A stretch of DNA of 64,000 bases from Candidatus Nealsonbacteria bacterium (GCA_003557645.1 PWNV01000020.1:78328-142327), one strand, 5' to 3'; positions 1 through 9,322 are shown, counted from the first letter of the stretch. A program made the numbers and translations. The notes: generated from the letters alone by a model not told the origin.

Positions 1-16
1 TAATTATTTTCATATT

Positions 17-625
17 TTAAATAAGTGGTACAAAAGAAAATCCCGGATATTCTGTTCTTTTAAATCCCTTTTTTTCTTTTGTTAAAAGAAAAATTGATGA
101 TCCTATGGGAATTACTGCTTTTCCTTTTGTTTTAAGTTGCTTTCTTAAAGGAAGTGGCAAGTCTTTGTCTGTGGCCGCAGAAACTAGTATCTTATCAAAA
201 GGTGCCTTCTCTTTTTTTCCTTCTTTTCCGTCACCACAAAAAACTTCTACTGTCCCTTTTTCTAAAAAGTTATACTTTCCAATATTTTTCCTTCCAAAAT
301 CATAAAGCTCTGGAACAGTCTCTATAGCTATTACCTTTCCCTTCTTTCCAACTAAAAAAGCTAGAAGTGCTGTAGTCCATCCCGATCCCGAACCAACATC
401 AAGCACTCTTTCTCCCTCTTTTAAATCAAGTAAATTAAGCATAAAAGCTACAACCATCGGCTGAGAAATGGTTTGTCCATAACCAATAGTCAAGGGCACA
501 TCTTCATAGGCATTTTGCTTTTCCTTTTCTAAAACAAAATTTCTCCGATCAATAAAGCGAAAAGCATCCTCAATTTTCTTTCTTCGTGATAACTCGTTTT
601 CTTCTATGGTTTCATCAAAGGACAT
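17..625 (-). CDS. pcm: protein-L-isoaspartate O-methyltransferase
   Basis: 202-aa ORF with PCMT signature GYGQTISQP and SAM motif VLDVGSGSGW. Its start overlaps the end of the upstream def ORF by 22 nt. Confidence 0.85.
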   Translation of the reverse strand: MSFDETIEENELSRRKKIEDAFRFIDRRNFVLEKEKQNAYEDVPLTIGYGQTISQPMVVAFMLNLLDLKEGERVLDVGSGSGWTTALLAFLVGKKGKVIAIETVPELYDFGRKNIGKYNFLEKGTVEVFCGDGKEGKKEKAPFDKILVSAATDKDLPLPLRKQLKTKGKAVIPIGSSIFLLTKEKKGFKRTEYPGFSFVPLI

Positions 626-1122
626 AGTTTCCGAAAATAAAAAAGAAAAAGTATGCCGAACTTCTTAAATGGGCCAACCTCATCTATGATAAGCCTGCCA
701 TTTAAGTGATCAATTTCATGCTGCAAGACTATCGCCATCATACCCTCTGCTTCTATCTGAGACTCTTGTCCACTTTCGTTTAGGAAAGTTACTTTTACTT
801 TTTTTGCGCGTCTAACATCAAAAAGCAACCCCTTCAAGCTAAGACACCCCTCCTTTATAATCACCTCTTCCTCACTTTTTTCTATTATCTCTGGATTAAT
901 GAGTCCATAGATTCCATTGTTAGCTTTAACCACAATCACCATCAAACTTTCTCCTACCTGAGGAGCAGCAAGACCAACGCCATCCTCTTTTCCAAGAACT
1001 TCTTTCATTTCCATTATCAGTGTACTTACCTCTCTGTAGTCTTTTACCTTTTCTGCTTTTTTTCGCAAAACAGGATTATGATAAGGCACTATTTCTTTCA
1101 TACTATCATTATAGCAAAACAT
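604..1122 (-). CDS. def: peptide deformylase (copy 1)
   Basis: All three PDF motifs are present: GVGLAAPQVG, EGCLS, HEIDHLNG. The true start is probably the internal Met at 1101 (MKEIVPYHNP). Confidence 0.9.
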   Translation of the reverse strand: MFCYNDSMKEIVPYHNPVLRKKAEKVKDYREVSTLIMEMKEVLGKEDGVGLAAPQVGESLMVIVVKANNGIYGLINPEIIEKSEEEVIIKEGCLSLKGLLFDVRRAKKVKVTFLNESGQESQIEAEGMMAIVLQHEIDHLNGRLIIDEVGPFKKFGILFLFYFRKLCPLMKP

Positions 1123-1199
1123 TTTTATTTGGACACTGTTTCATTTAAAAAAACAACCGCAAAATCGGCGTTTCAATTCTTAAAGATTATAAAGTTTTC

Positions 1200-2204
1200 T
1201 TATTTATTTTCCTTTTCTATCCTCTCTTTTAATTTTTCTATTATTTTCTTCATTTTTTTCATTTTCAACTCTCTTCCTACAGTAAGACGACGAAACTTTT
1301 CTAACTCATCAACTTTATCCTGTAACTCTTTTGTTCTTTCTTGTATTTTGCTTTCTAAGTTTTCGTTCAGCTCTTTTAATTCTTTCGCTTTTGAGTCTAT
1401 TTTAACTTCAAGCACATCTTTTGCCTCTTCTAAATTTAATTGATAATATTTCAAGTCCTTAATCATCTCATTAAAGCTGTCAATCAATTCTCCTATTTCA
1501 GTATTTGGCTCCGTGTCAATGCTCGGTTCCAGCCCACCATCCCTGGCATCTTTAAAGGCTTCAATAACTTTTTTAAGAGGAACTATAATACTGATTCTTA
1601 AAATAAGAAATATTGTCAAACTAATCATTACTAAACACCCTGTTATAATTAAGAATCCATAAAACACAATTTCTCTGCACATTTCTTCAACGCTTTCCAA
1701 AGAGAAACCTATCCAAATAAACTGCCCACCACTACCTGGATAAATGATTGACCTTATCTTTTCACCATTAAAAATAACATCTGCTTCTATAACGCTGCCC
1801 GCTAAAAAAAGATTTAAAATGTTAGGATTTGTGATCTTTTTGCCACTCTCCCCTTTAATGCTGCTTTGATTGATCCCACCATCTTCTGTGATTACTCTTA
1901 TATATCGTAAGTCACTAAATCCCGCCATCTCTTCAACCATAGTTTCCTTTATATTCTTTTGATAGAGCGCGGATGAAGAATAAGTCGTTCTATCAATAAC
2001 CTCAGCCAATTGCACAATTTCTTGAATCTTTCCTTCAGTTAACTTATTCCTCTGGTAATTAGCAAGAACCGATCCAAAGAAAAGAACAATAACCGCAATG
2101 GCTATAATAAGAACAAATACTATGGTATAGAGAGAGTATCTTTTTTTCATACGTTGTCTCCTTTTAACTCTTCTCATTCTACCGCCACTAAATATTTTTT
2201 TCAA
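1200..2204 (-). CDS. membrane sensor-like protein with HAMP domain and C-terminal coiled coil, no recognisable output domain
   Basis: Layout is N-terminal TM helix, about 150-aa extracytoplasmic region, second TM, then a HAMP-like segment (PLKKVIEAFKDARDGG...EIGELIDSFNEMIKDL). A heptad-rich tail ends the protein (ELEKFRRLTVGRELKMKK). Confidence 0.6.
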   Translation of the reverse strand: MKKIFSGGRMRRVKRRQRMKKRYSLYTIVFVLIIAIAVIVLFFGSVLANYQRNKLTEGKIQEIVQLAEVIDRTTYSSSALYQKNIKETMVEEMAGFSDLRYIRVITEDGGINQSSIKGESGKKITNPNILNLFLAGSVIEADVIFNGEKIRSIIYPGSGGQFIWIGFSLESVEEMCREIVFYGFLIITGCLVMISLTIFLILRISIIVPLKKVIEAFKDARDGGLEPSIDTEPNTEIGELIDSFNEMIKDLKYYQLNLEEAKDVLEVKIDSKAKELKELNENLESKIQERTKELQDKVDELEKFRRLTVGRELKMKKMKKIIEKLKERIEKENK

Positions 2205-2303
2205 GCTTCTTAAAGCTTGTAAAGTCCTGTTCTGTAAAAAAAGAAACCAGCAATCAGCGTCAGTATTATAATGAGAAGTAAAATATTCTTTGCCTTCATT
2301 ATT

Positions 2304-2747
2304 TTACTTTCCAATAATTTGTAATTGAACTTTTCTGTGCCGCGCACTATCAAGCTCAACAAGCATAAGGCTTTGCCACTGCCCAAGCTGAAGCCTTCCC
2401 TTTATAACGCACAATGTGATCGTTGATAATAAATTAATAGCGTTACAGTGCGAGTGCCCGTTTTTACACTCGTTGTCACACACATTAACAGTTCTTTTTG
2501 CAAGATTGTCATGCTTATAATCTTTCTCCTGCGGAGCACTCTCTTCTAAGTGATTTCTGATGTCTTCTAAAAGTAAGGGCTCGTTTTCGTTGAGGATAAG
2601 AGCAGCAGAGGTGTGTAAAATTTGCACATTCAAAAATCCTTCTTCTATTTTTGAAGAATCTAAGAACTCTTTCGCTTTACTTGTAAAGTCAATAAAATGA
2701 AAGATTTTTTCTGTTTTAAATTCTAATAATTTGTTACTTGTTTTCAT
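2304..2747 (-). CDS. YjbQ/UPF0047 family protein
   Basis: 147 aa. Family-typical HTSAALILNENEP and LGQWQSLMLVELD segments. Confidence 0.8.
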   Translation of the reverse strand: MKTSNKLLEFKTEKIFHFIDFTSKAKEFLDSSKIEEGFLNVQILHTSAALILNENEPLLLEDIRNHLEESAPQEKDYKHDNLAKRTVNVCDNECKNGHSHCNAINLLSTITLCVIKGRLQLGQWQSLMLVELDSARHRKVQLQIIGK

Positions 2748-2809
2748 AAATTTCTAAAACAAGAGCTCGAGAAAGTTCTCGAGCCCTTTATTAAAAAACA
2801 AAATTAAGA

Positions 2810-3193
2810 CTAATTTGTTTCTTGTACCTCTTCAAACATTCTCTCAATATCATCTGCCGTCAATGCCTTAAGTTCTTCTAGCGATAACTCCATAATTTTT
2901 TCATCTAAAAGAAGAAGGCTCTCAAGTAAATCCGGGTCCTCTTCTGCAGCCATCTGCATCTCTTCGGGAATAACCTCTTCGAAGGCTTCTTGTAATCTTA
3001 TGAGCTCTTCCTCCGTTAGTTGCATAATTGGAAGATCTTCTTGCTCCGGATCAATCACAATTTCTGCCTCTTGTTCTGGAGTAACAGGATCCTCTCCTTT
3101 TGGAGCAACAGGTTCCTCTTCTTTTGGAATAATCAAAAACACAATAGCAATTGCCAAAGCGCAGACTACTCCAATAAGTATATTTTTTGTCAT
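2810..3193 (-). CDS. hypothetical membrane-anchored acidic protein
   Basis: N-terminal TM helix followed by a Glu/Asp/Pro-rich low-complexity region. No recognised family. Confidence 0.4.
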   Translation of the reverse strand: MTKNILIGVVCALAIAIVFLIIPKEEEPVAPKGEDPVTPEQEAEIVIDPEQEDLPIMQLTEEELIRLQEAFEEVIPEEMQMAAEEDPDLLESLLLLDEKIMELSLEELKALTADDIERMFEEVQETN

Positions 3194-3271
3194 GTTTTGT
3201 TTTTTTTATTTTATCCGACCTTTAAGGCCTAACGTATCAAAAATAAAATAGTATGTAAACCCCCCACTCTA

Positions 3272-3874
3272 TCATTGTCTTACGTTTCTTCTTTTTTTAA
3301 TGAAAATTAAAGGAAAAACTATATCACTTAAACAACAAGGAACTATTACAGCAACAAAAACAATAAAAAAGGATATTAGAGCGTGAGCTAGGATAAAATC
3401 CGAACTAAAAGCTAAGAGATAAAACAGACTGGCAAACACAGAAAGAAGAACATGAGCAAAGTGAGGTGTCTTCGTTATCTTTAGAGCTATCCCAGCAATA
3501 CTTCCCAAAGAAGCAAAAAACAGAGTTAGAAAAGTTTCCTCAACTAAAGGAAGGTGAAAATGCAAATGAACGTCCAGGAAAATTCCACCTAAATATGGAA
3601 AAACTACATCACTTAAACTCCCAATAATTATTGCACCAGAAATACCTACAAAGAAAGCGTTAATAAAGGACGGTTTATACTTATAATAAAGTGCTCCTGT
3701 TGCCATGGCCGAAACAATAATATGCAAAAAGTGAAATATATGAAAAACATCTTCTCCAATCTCTCGTCTTAAAATATAATAAATGAAAAAAACAATCAAA
3801 ATCGCAACGAGCACCGCTAAGGCAGTAAAGGGAGTGTGCTCTTTTAGTTCTTCTATTACTTCCTTTGTTCTCAT
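3272..3874 (-). CDS. integral membrane protein, His-rich TM segments (possible metal-ion transporter)
   Basis: 200 aa with about 6 hydrophobic helices and conserved-looking His clusters (HIFHFLHII, HLHFHLP). The transporter function is a guess. Confidence 0.45.
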   Translation of the reverse strand: MRTKEVIEELKEHTPFTALAVLVAILIVFFIYYILRREIGEDVFHIFHFLHIIVSAMATGALYYKYKPSFINAFFVGISGAIIIGSLSDVVFPYLGGIFLDVHLHFHLPLVEETFLTLFFASLGSIAGIALKITKTPHFAHVLLSVFASLFYLLAFSSDFILAHALISFFIVFVAVIVPCCLSDIVFPLIFIKKRRNVRQ

Positions 3875-4389
3875 TGATAATGTAAATTAATAAACCTGGC
3901 AACAGCAAAAATAATTGCTTTTTCGTAACCTTCTGTTCTTGAAATTAAATTATTGGTTAAAATCCCCACCGCGCCTTGCTTCTGTTTTGTGTCCTTTTCG
4001 CCAATAACTTCATCCATCACAGGACCAAGTTCTTCTCCTTTTCTAATCTTACAAGCGATCTTCTCTGGTAACGGTAACATTCCACCGTTACCAATTCCAA
4101 CCTCCCCACTCTTGTCTACCGCAACAACCCAACCTGTAAGAAACATGCCAAAATGAGAATCATAAACACATGCCTCTATCCCAATACCGATGTCGGCATC
4201 AACTTCCTTTAGAGATGACTGTGCTCTGTTCTTTGCTCCCTCGATACCCTCTTCGTTTGATGTCGGTTGCTCTTTCACACCCGAAGAAGCAATCGTTCCA
4301 ATAACTTCGGCTTCCGGCCAAATCTTTGCAACAACGTTTCTCACAGCTGCCACTTTTACAGGACTTTTTGAACCTACGCTTATTTTCAT
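3871..4389 (-). CDS. inosine/xanthosine triphosphatase, YjjX/DUF84 family
   Basis: 172 aa. N-terminal VGSKSPVKVAAV and C-terminal GAVGILTNNLISRTE resemble the YjjX NTPase family. 4-nt overlap with the downstream ORF. Confidence 0.7.
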   Translation of the reverse strand: MKISVGSKSPVKVAAVRNVVAKIWPEAEVIGTIASSGVKEQPTSNEEGIEGAKNRAQSSLKEVDADIGIGIEACVYDSHFGMFLTGWVVAVDKSGEVGIGNGGMLPLPEKIACKIRKGEELGPVMDEVIGEKDTKQKQGAVGILTNNLISRTEGYEKAIIFAVARFINLHYQ

Positions 4390-4418
4390 AAAACTACTAA
4401 CTGTTTACATAATATGGT

Positions 4419-4841
4419 TTAAAGTAAGTACTGCCAAAATAGCACTAACAAGAATATAATCAGAAGAACGGCGAAGGCCTTGGGAGAAATTAACAACCTT
4501 TCTAATCTACTTTTCCAACCCGCTATTGCATCAAGCTCTCTTGCTAGCATAAAATCATTTTCTGTTAATCCCCCGCTTTCTCGTGTAGTAAGTCCAACAG
4601 TTACCATGCGAAAGCGAACAATCATTACGTCTGGATAATGATTTATTTTGGTAGCAAGACTTGCTGCTCCGTTAACAAAGTCAATAGTCTCACTAAATGT
4701 CTTAAAGTGAAAGCTTTTGAAAATCTTTTTTTCATCTAACGAAAATTTCCATACCTCCATCTCCTTCAAGCGTCTCTGTGCTTCTTTTTGACTTAAAATC
4801 TTATTTCTTCCTTCTGAAAAGTTTTCTGTTCTCTTATTCAT
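4419..4841 (-). CDS. pterin-4a-carbinolamine dehydratase-like protein with C-terminal TM helix
   Basis: PCD/DCoH core (FHFKTFSETIDFVNGAASLATKINHYPD...GGLTENDFMLARELD). Start chosen at ATG 4841, which overlaps the GNAT stop (ATGAATAA); the ORF track extends to 4931. Hydrophobic tail FAVLLIIFLLVLFW. Confidence 0.65.
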   Translation of the reverse strand: MNKRTENFSEGRNKILSQKEAQRRLKEMEVWKFSLDEKKIFKSFHFKTFSETIDFVNGAASLATKINHYPDVMIVRFRMVTVGLTTRESGGLTENDFMLARELDAIAGWKSRLERLLISPKAFAVLLIIFLLVLFWQYLL

Positions 4842-5319
4842 CGTTTTTTTTATCCAACGTATATTTGTTATATCCTTCATCTGAAAACTCAATTTTCTTA
4901 AAGCCATGTTTCCCGAAAAACTTTTCCGCATCCTCTCCTCCTCTTAGATTAAGGGAAATTTCGCTTTTCTCCATACTTTTCATTGCTACCTCTAGAATAT
5001 TACTTGCAAGACCGGAAGAGCGATACTCTTTTTTAACCCACATCATTTCTATAAAATTTGTATCGTCTTCCTTTTCTGTATAAACAATAAATCCTACAAC
5101 ATCCTCGCCCTCTTTTGCTACTAGCAACTTTGATTTCTCAGACTCAATCATCCCTTTCAAATTCTCATAGTTAAAACTAAGAGCTCCTAACTTTATCCCC
5201 ATTTCATCTTCCTCCTCCCTTTCTTCCACTCCTAAGTCTCTGGGAAGATTTTCAAGGTCATCCACGCTTCCCCAAGTTATCTCTGGTAATTTTATATTTT
5301 CAAAATTTCTTTCAAGCAT
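4834..5319 (-). CDS. GNAT family N-acetyltransferase
   Basis: 161 aa. Acetyl-CoA binding-like motif WVKKEYRSSGLASNILE. Confidence 0.75.
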   Translation of the reverse strand: MLERNFENIKLPEITWGSVDDLENLPRDLGVEEREEEDEMGIKLGALSFNYENLKGMIESEKSKLLVAKEGEDVVGFIVYTEKEDDTNFIEMMWVKKEYRSSGLASNILEVAMKSMEKSEISLNLRGGEDAEKFFGKHGFKKIEFSDEGYNKYTLDKKNDE

Positions 5320-5827
5320 TTTCTTTCCCTTTTCTAGTCAAAAAGAAAACTATAATAAACATGGCAAGAATAGATCCAACCGCCACCAAAGCCACCCTTG
5401 TTGAAGAGTCCTTTTGTGTTTCTTCTGCTTCTTTTTGATGAATAGATATGTTCTCAAAATATGGTCCAAAAAAATTAAGAACTGTTCCCTCGATAATATT
5501 TCCCTCCCCTATAATGTCTTCGTCAGGAACATCTTCTACCGCTACATAAATTTCTGTAACTTCATTGACGGGATATAGCTCATCACAACTATCAAAATCA
5601 TGCTCCCACTCTCCGATCAAATCAACTTCGTTTACAAAAACATCCAAAATAAATCTCTTCGGATATGAAAGAGCAGGAAGATTTGGTTGTGACTGTTCTT
5701 CTGCTTCTTGAAAACTAATACTTAAAATTTCACCCCTAACAAAACAATCCGGAAGATACATCGGGCTAAGCCCATTCACAGAAACGGGAATTAATAACAT
5801 TATTACAATTATTATTTTTTTAAACAT
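5312..5827 (-). CDS. hypothetical secreted protein with C-terminal membrane anchor
   Basis: Signal-peptide-like N-terminus, acidic middle region, C-terminal TM helix (VALVAVGSILAMFIIVFFL). Confidence 0.4.
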   Translation of the reverse strand: MFKKIIIVIMLLIPVSVNGLSPMYLPDCFVRGEILSISFQEAEEQSQPNLPALSYPKRFILDVFVNEVDLIGEWEHDFDSCDELYPVNEVTEIYVAVEDVPDEDIIGEGNIIEGTVLNFFGPYFENISIHQKEAEETQKDSSTRVALVAVGSILAMFIIVFFLTRKGKENA

Positions 5828-5849
5828 TTTTTATTTTACAATTATTTTT

Positions 5850-6314
5850 TTAAACATTTTCTATTAATTTTTCTGCAAAAGACTTTGCAGCCTCAATATC
5901 TTTTTTACTCGGTCTTCCCTTGTTTACTCCTCCAATATACTTTATCGGCCCGTAAGTGTCATATCCTAAACAGTTAAAATCTCCCATCAACTCAAATCCC
6001 TTTTTTTCAAGAATTTTTTCCATGTGAGCATGGGATCTATTTAAGATAATATTCTTCTTCATTCCGCTTGTTGAAAAAATAAAAGCTTTCTTCTTATCCA
6101 CTTTTGGAAGATTTTCGACTAAATTAATTAATCCTTTATGAAACTTTGAAAGATAAACTCCTGAACCAAAACCCACTAGCTCAATCTCTTCTAATTCTTC
6201 TTTTTTTACATCAGAAAAAGAAACTACTTTGGCACTCAAAACGTTTCCTATTTCCTTGGCAATTTTCTCTGTGTTCTTGTGGTGAATAGAGGCATAAATG
6301 ATTAGAGTGTTCAT
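5850..6314 (-). CDS. flavodoxin-like protein
   Basis: 154 aa. N-terminal LIIYASIHHKNTEKIA pattern typical of flavodoxin-fold proteins. Confidence 0.65.
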   Translation of the reverse strand: MNTLIIYASIHHKNTEKIAKEIGNVLSAKVVSFSDVKKEELEEIELVGFGSGVYLSKFHKGLINLVENLPKVDKKKAFIFSTSGMKKNIILNRSHAHMEKILEKKGFELMGDFNCLGYDTYGPIKYIGGVNKGRPSKKDIEAAKSFAEKLIENV

Positions 6315-6328
6315 ATATATTTTTATTA

Positions 6329-7048
6329 TTATATCTCACTGTATCCTGGAAAATAATCATGTCTTATCTGCTCTTCTTTGACTCCAAGAGCTATAAGCAT
6401 ATCGCTTGCCGAGTGCACCATCGATTCCGGGCCGGAAACGTAAAAAATACAATCATTGATATTTTTTATATATTTTTTAATCATACCTTCATCAACATAT
6501 CCTGTTTCCCCCTGCCAATCTATGCTTTCATTTTTTACTATATAAATGGTTTCAAGGCCGAAAACTTTTCTTGCCTCATTAAAGATGTCACGAAAAACAA
6601 TTTCTTTTTCCAAGTTTGTTCCGTAAAAAAAAGTAATATCTCTCTTTTCTTTTCTGTCAATTAAACTCTTAACCATACTCCTGAATGGAGTAACTCCTAT
6701 TCCTCCAGCAATAAAAACTAACTTTTCAGTACTTCTCTCGGGAAGAACAAAATCCCCATAAGGACCTTCTGCTGTAATATTGTCTCCTAATTGAATTTTT
6801 TTTAGCTGTGTTTTAAATGTGCTTGCACTTTCAATAATTTTTGTTACAAGCAAGATTTTTTCTTCTGCCGGTGAAGAAGCGATCGTAAAAAATCTCCGAG
6901 ACCCCCTACTATCAGCGTTTTCATGTTTTAACGACCACTCCAAAAACTGTCCTGACCTAAAATTAATCTTTTTTTCACTTTTAAACCAGAATCCATAAAT
7001 AGAGTCCGCGAGTTGTTCCTTTTTTCTTAGAGCCAGTTCAAAACTCAT
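6329..7048 (-). CDS. FAD/NAD(P)-binding oxidoreductase (ferredoxin-NADP reductase-like)
   Basis: RRFFTIASSP (FAD-binding RxYS-like motif) and GGIGVTPFRSM (NAD(P)-binding motif). Confidence 0.75.
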   Translation of the reverse strand: MSFELALRKKEQLADSIYGFWFKSEKKINFRSGQFLEWSLKHENADSRGSRRFFTIASSPAEEKILLVTKIIESASTFKTQLKKIQLGDNITAEGPYGDFVLPERSTEKLVFIAGGIGVTPFRSMVKSLIDRKEKRDITFFYGTNLEKEIVFRDIFNEARKVFGLETIYIVKNESIDWQGETGYVDEGMIKKYIKNINDCIFYVSGPESMVHSASDMLIALGVKEEQIRHDYFPGYSEI

Positions 7049-7050
7049 TT

Positions 7051-7278
7051 TTAAATTTTAGATTTAGGGTCCTTCCCTGTTTCGCAATAATAGTAACTTG
7101 AAAAGCGGTTAATTTTCCAAACAAAACACTTCGAGCAAACGCATCCCTTTCTCTTTATTTCAAACTTACTCTTCCCAAACTCACAATAAGTTTCCAGATC
7201 TCCTTTCTTCGGATAACTTGGGCACTTTGAACAAGCACAAAAAAGTGAGATTATTTTTCTAAGAAACTTTTTAAACAT
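7051..7278 (-). CDS. small Cys-rich protein (DUF2769-like)
   Basis: 75 aa with CxC, CPSYP, GCVCSKC and YYC spacing recalled from the DUF2769 family. Sits tightly between the SDR and FNR-like genes. Confidence 0.45.
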   Translation of the reverse strand: MFKKFLRKIISLFCACSKCPSYPKKGDLETYCEFGKSKFEIKRKGCVCSKCFVWKINRFSSYYYCETGKDPKSKI

Positions 7279-8016
7279 TTACTTTGCAGTCCACCCTCCA
7301 TCAACATGAAGAATATTTCCAGTAACATATTTGGATTCGTCAGAAGCAAGATAAACAGCAGCATTTGCAATGTCCTCAACTTCACCAACATGTCCAAGTG
7401 GTGTTGAGGACTTTACCATAGCATTAAAATTATCATCTTCTAAAACGTCTTTTGTCATATTAGTCCTAATAAATCCAGGAGCAATAGCATTTACACGAAT
7501 ACTACTTTCTGCTAAATCCAAAGCACCAGAACGAGTAAGCTGAACTACTCCTCCTTTAGACGCAGAATACGCCAAAGCACCGTTAAAACCAACGCTACCC
7601 AAGATAGAGCTTATATTGATAATAGAACCTTTTTTATTTTGTTCCTTCATTTTCTTTGCTGCCTCTCTCATCCCATACATTGTTCCGCTTAAATTAACAT
7701 CTATAACTTTCTGCCAATCCTCGTCGGTTACATCAAGAATTCCCCCAAGTGACCCTATTCCTGCGTTATTTACGATAACATCAATTCCTCCAAACAGATC
7801 AATTGTCTTTTCTATTAAATCAATAACTTCGCTGGCAGAAGAAACATCACATTTTAAGTACTTTGCATCACCTTCTAAATTTTCAATTTCACTAAAGTCG
7901 TCATGAATATCAGAAAAAACAACTTTTGCTCCCTCTCTTAGAAAGGTTTCTCCTATCTCCTTTCCAATCCCCGATCCTGCTCCTGTGACTACTGCTACTT
8001 TGTTTTTTAGTCTCAT
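7279..8016 (-). CDS. SDR family oxidoreductase (FabG-like)
   Basis: TGAGSGIGK cofactor motif, NNAG, and catalytic S...YSASK. Confidence 0.9.
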   Translation of the reverse strand: MRLKNKVAVVTGAGSGIGKEIGETFLREGAKVVFSDIHDDFSEIENLEGDAKYLKCDVSSASEVIDLIEKTIDLFGGIDVIVNNAGIGSLGGILDVTDEDWQKVIDVNLSGTMYGMREAAKKMKEQNKKGSIINISSILGSVGFNGALAYSASKGGVVQLTRSGALDLAESSIRVNAIAPGFIRTNMTKDVLEDDNFNAMVKSSTPLGHVGEVEDIANAAVYLASDESKYVTGNILHVDGGWTAK

Positions 8017-8250
8017 ATTTTTTATTTAATTAATTTTTAAAAACTTATAACATAATTTAATTCACCCTCCTTTCGTATTGATTTTGTCCACCGCTTTATG
8101 CGCGCTAAAAACACTAAACATCATCAAGGCAGAATACAAGATAAACCCTATCAAGAAAAACTTTGATAAAATGCAAACTACTCCATTCGTCATGAAAACA
8201 TTATTACATAAATCGCTCCATCTTGCCACTTAACTCACATAACTTTACAT

Positions 8251-8376
8251 TCAGTAAAGATCTTCAGAACTATAATTAAGCTTAAAAGCAAGATGTGCAT
8301 AGTCTCTTTTAGTGCTGTTTATGACAATGTGCCTATCGTCTGGATCAATAATTAAAACATCTCCTTTTTTGAAAAG
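8251..8376 (-). pseudogene. possible remnant of a cupin-domain C-terminus
   Basis: Open frame with no start codon directly after the stop of the 8381..9322 ORF. Reads LELLFKKGDVLIIDPDDRHIVINSTKRDYAHLAFKL, which is cupin beta-strand-like. Confidence 0.25.
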
Positions 8377-8380
8377 AAGT

Positions 8381-9322
8381 TCAAGCTATTTCTTTGCAAA
8401 CATCTATAATATTGTTAAAAGTTTGATCGCTGGGAACTGCTTCTTTGAAATATATCCCCTCCTTCTCTTTTTCCTCAATGACTTCATTAATAATTTTTAA
8501 AAGAGATTCACACTGATCAATAAATTCTTTGTTTTCTTCTCCTATGATACTTTTGTAAGTTTCTAATTGAATTTTAATTTCTTTTAAAAAGACGCCTTGA
8601 AGAGGATCTTTGTTCAGTTTTTTTATCAGATCATTTTTCCACTCTTCCACAAACCCACCTTTATCTTCTTCTAAAGACTTTAGCTCTGCAAAAGTATCAA
8701 AAAGATTATCTACATTGTTTTTGTCTGCCCCCACTACCACCGGAATTAAATTTTTAAGGCTTCCTTGATAATATTCTCCATTAGCATCTTTTATTTGAGA
8801 ATTAAAATACTTAACCTCTTGCATATCCTTTTTCTTTCTTATTTTCTCTATATTTCTCCTTATTTTCTCTTCAATAACTTTAACATTAGAAGATGTGGAG
8901 GCATCCACTGCAATGGCCATTCTTTCTGGTCTTTCTTTGTCAAACTCAATAACCATATCCACTCCATTTATCACGTCATCATATTCAGATGTTCTGGATG
9001 TCTTTACGTCTTTTCCAAGCCATTCTCCTTGATGTATTCGATCACCTAGAACTATTTCAAAACACCTCCCTCTTTTTTTGTTTTCTTCCATAATCCTTTT
9101 TTCTGTTTCTCCTAATCCAGAGTTACTTTTTTCGATTCCTTTTTTAGTTAACCTTAATTTGTTAAGGTCTTTTCCAATTGGGTTTTCTTTCCCATGATAG
9201 ATATGCATGAAGTGTCGGGGATCAGGAGCTTCAAGAGTTTCGCCATACTCTAAAATAATATCATAAACTTTTCCCTTATTTTCTTTTTCTTCAACGCAAT
9301 AATTTTCAAAAATATTTCTCAT
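8381..9322 (-). CDS. hypothetical protein
   Basis: 313-aa charged soluble protein. No family recognised. Confidence 0.4.
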   Translation of the reverse strand: MRNIFENYCVEEKENKGKVYDIILEYGETLEAPDPRHFMHIYHGKENPIGKDLNKLRLTKKGIEKSNSGLGETEKRIMEENKKRGRCFEIVLGDRIHQGEWLGKDVKTSRTSEYDDVINGVDMVIEFDKERPERMAIAVDASTSSNVKVIEEKIRRNIEKIRKKKDMQEVKYFNSQIKDANGEYYQGSLKNLIPVVVGADKNNVDNLFDTFAELKSLEEDKGGFVEEWKNDLIKKLNKDPLQGVFLKEIKIQLETYKSIIGEENKEFIDQCESLLKIINEVIEEKEKEGIYFKEAVPSDQTFNNIIDVCKEIA

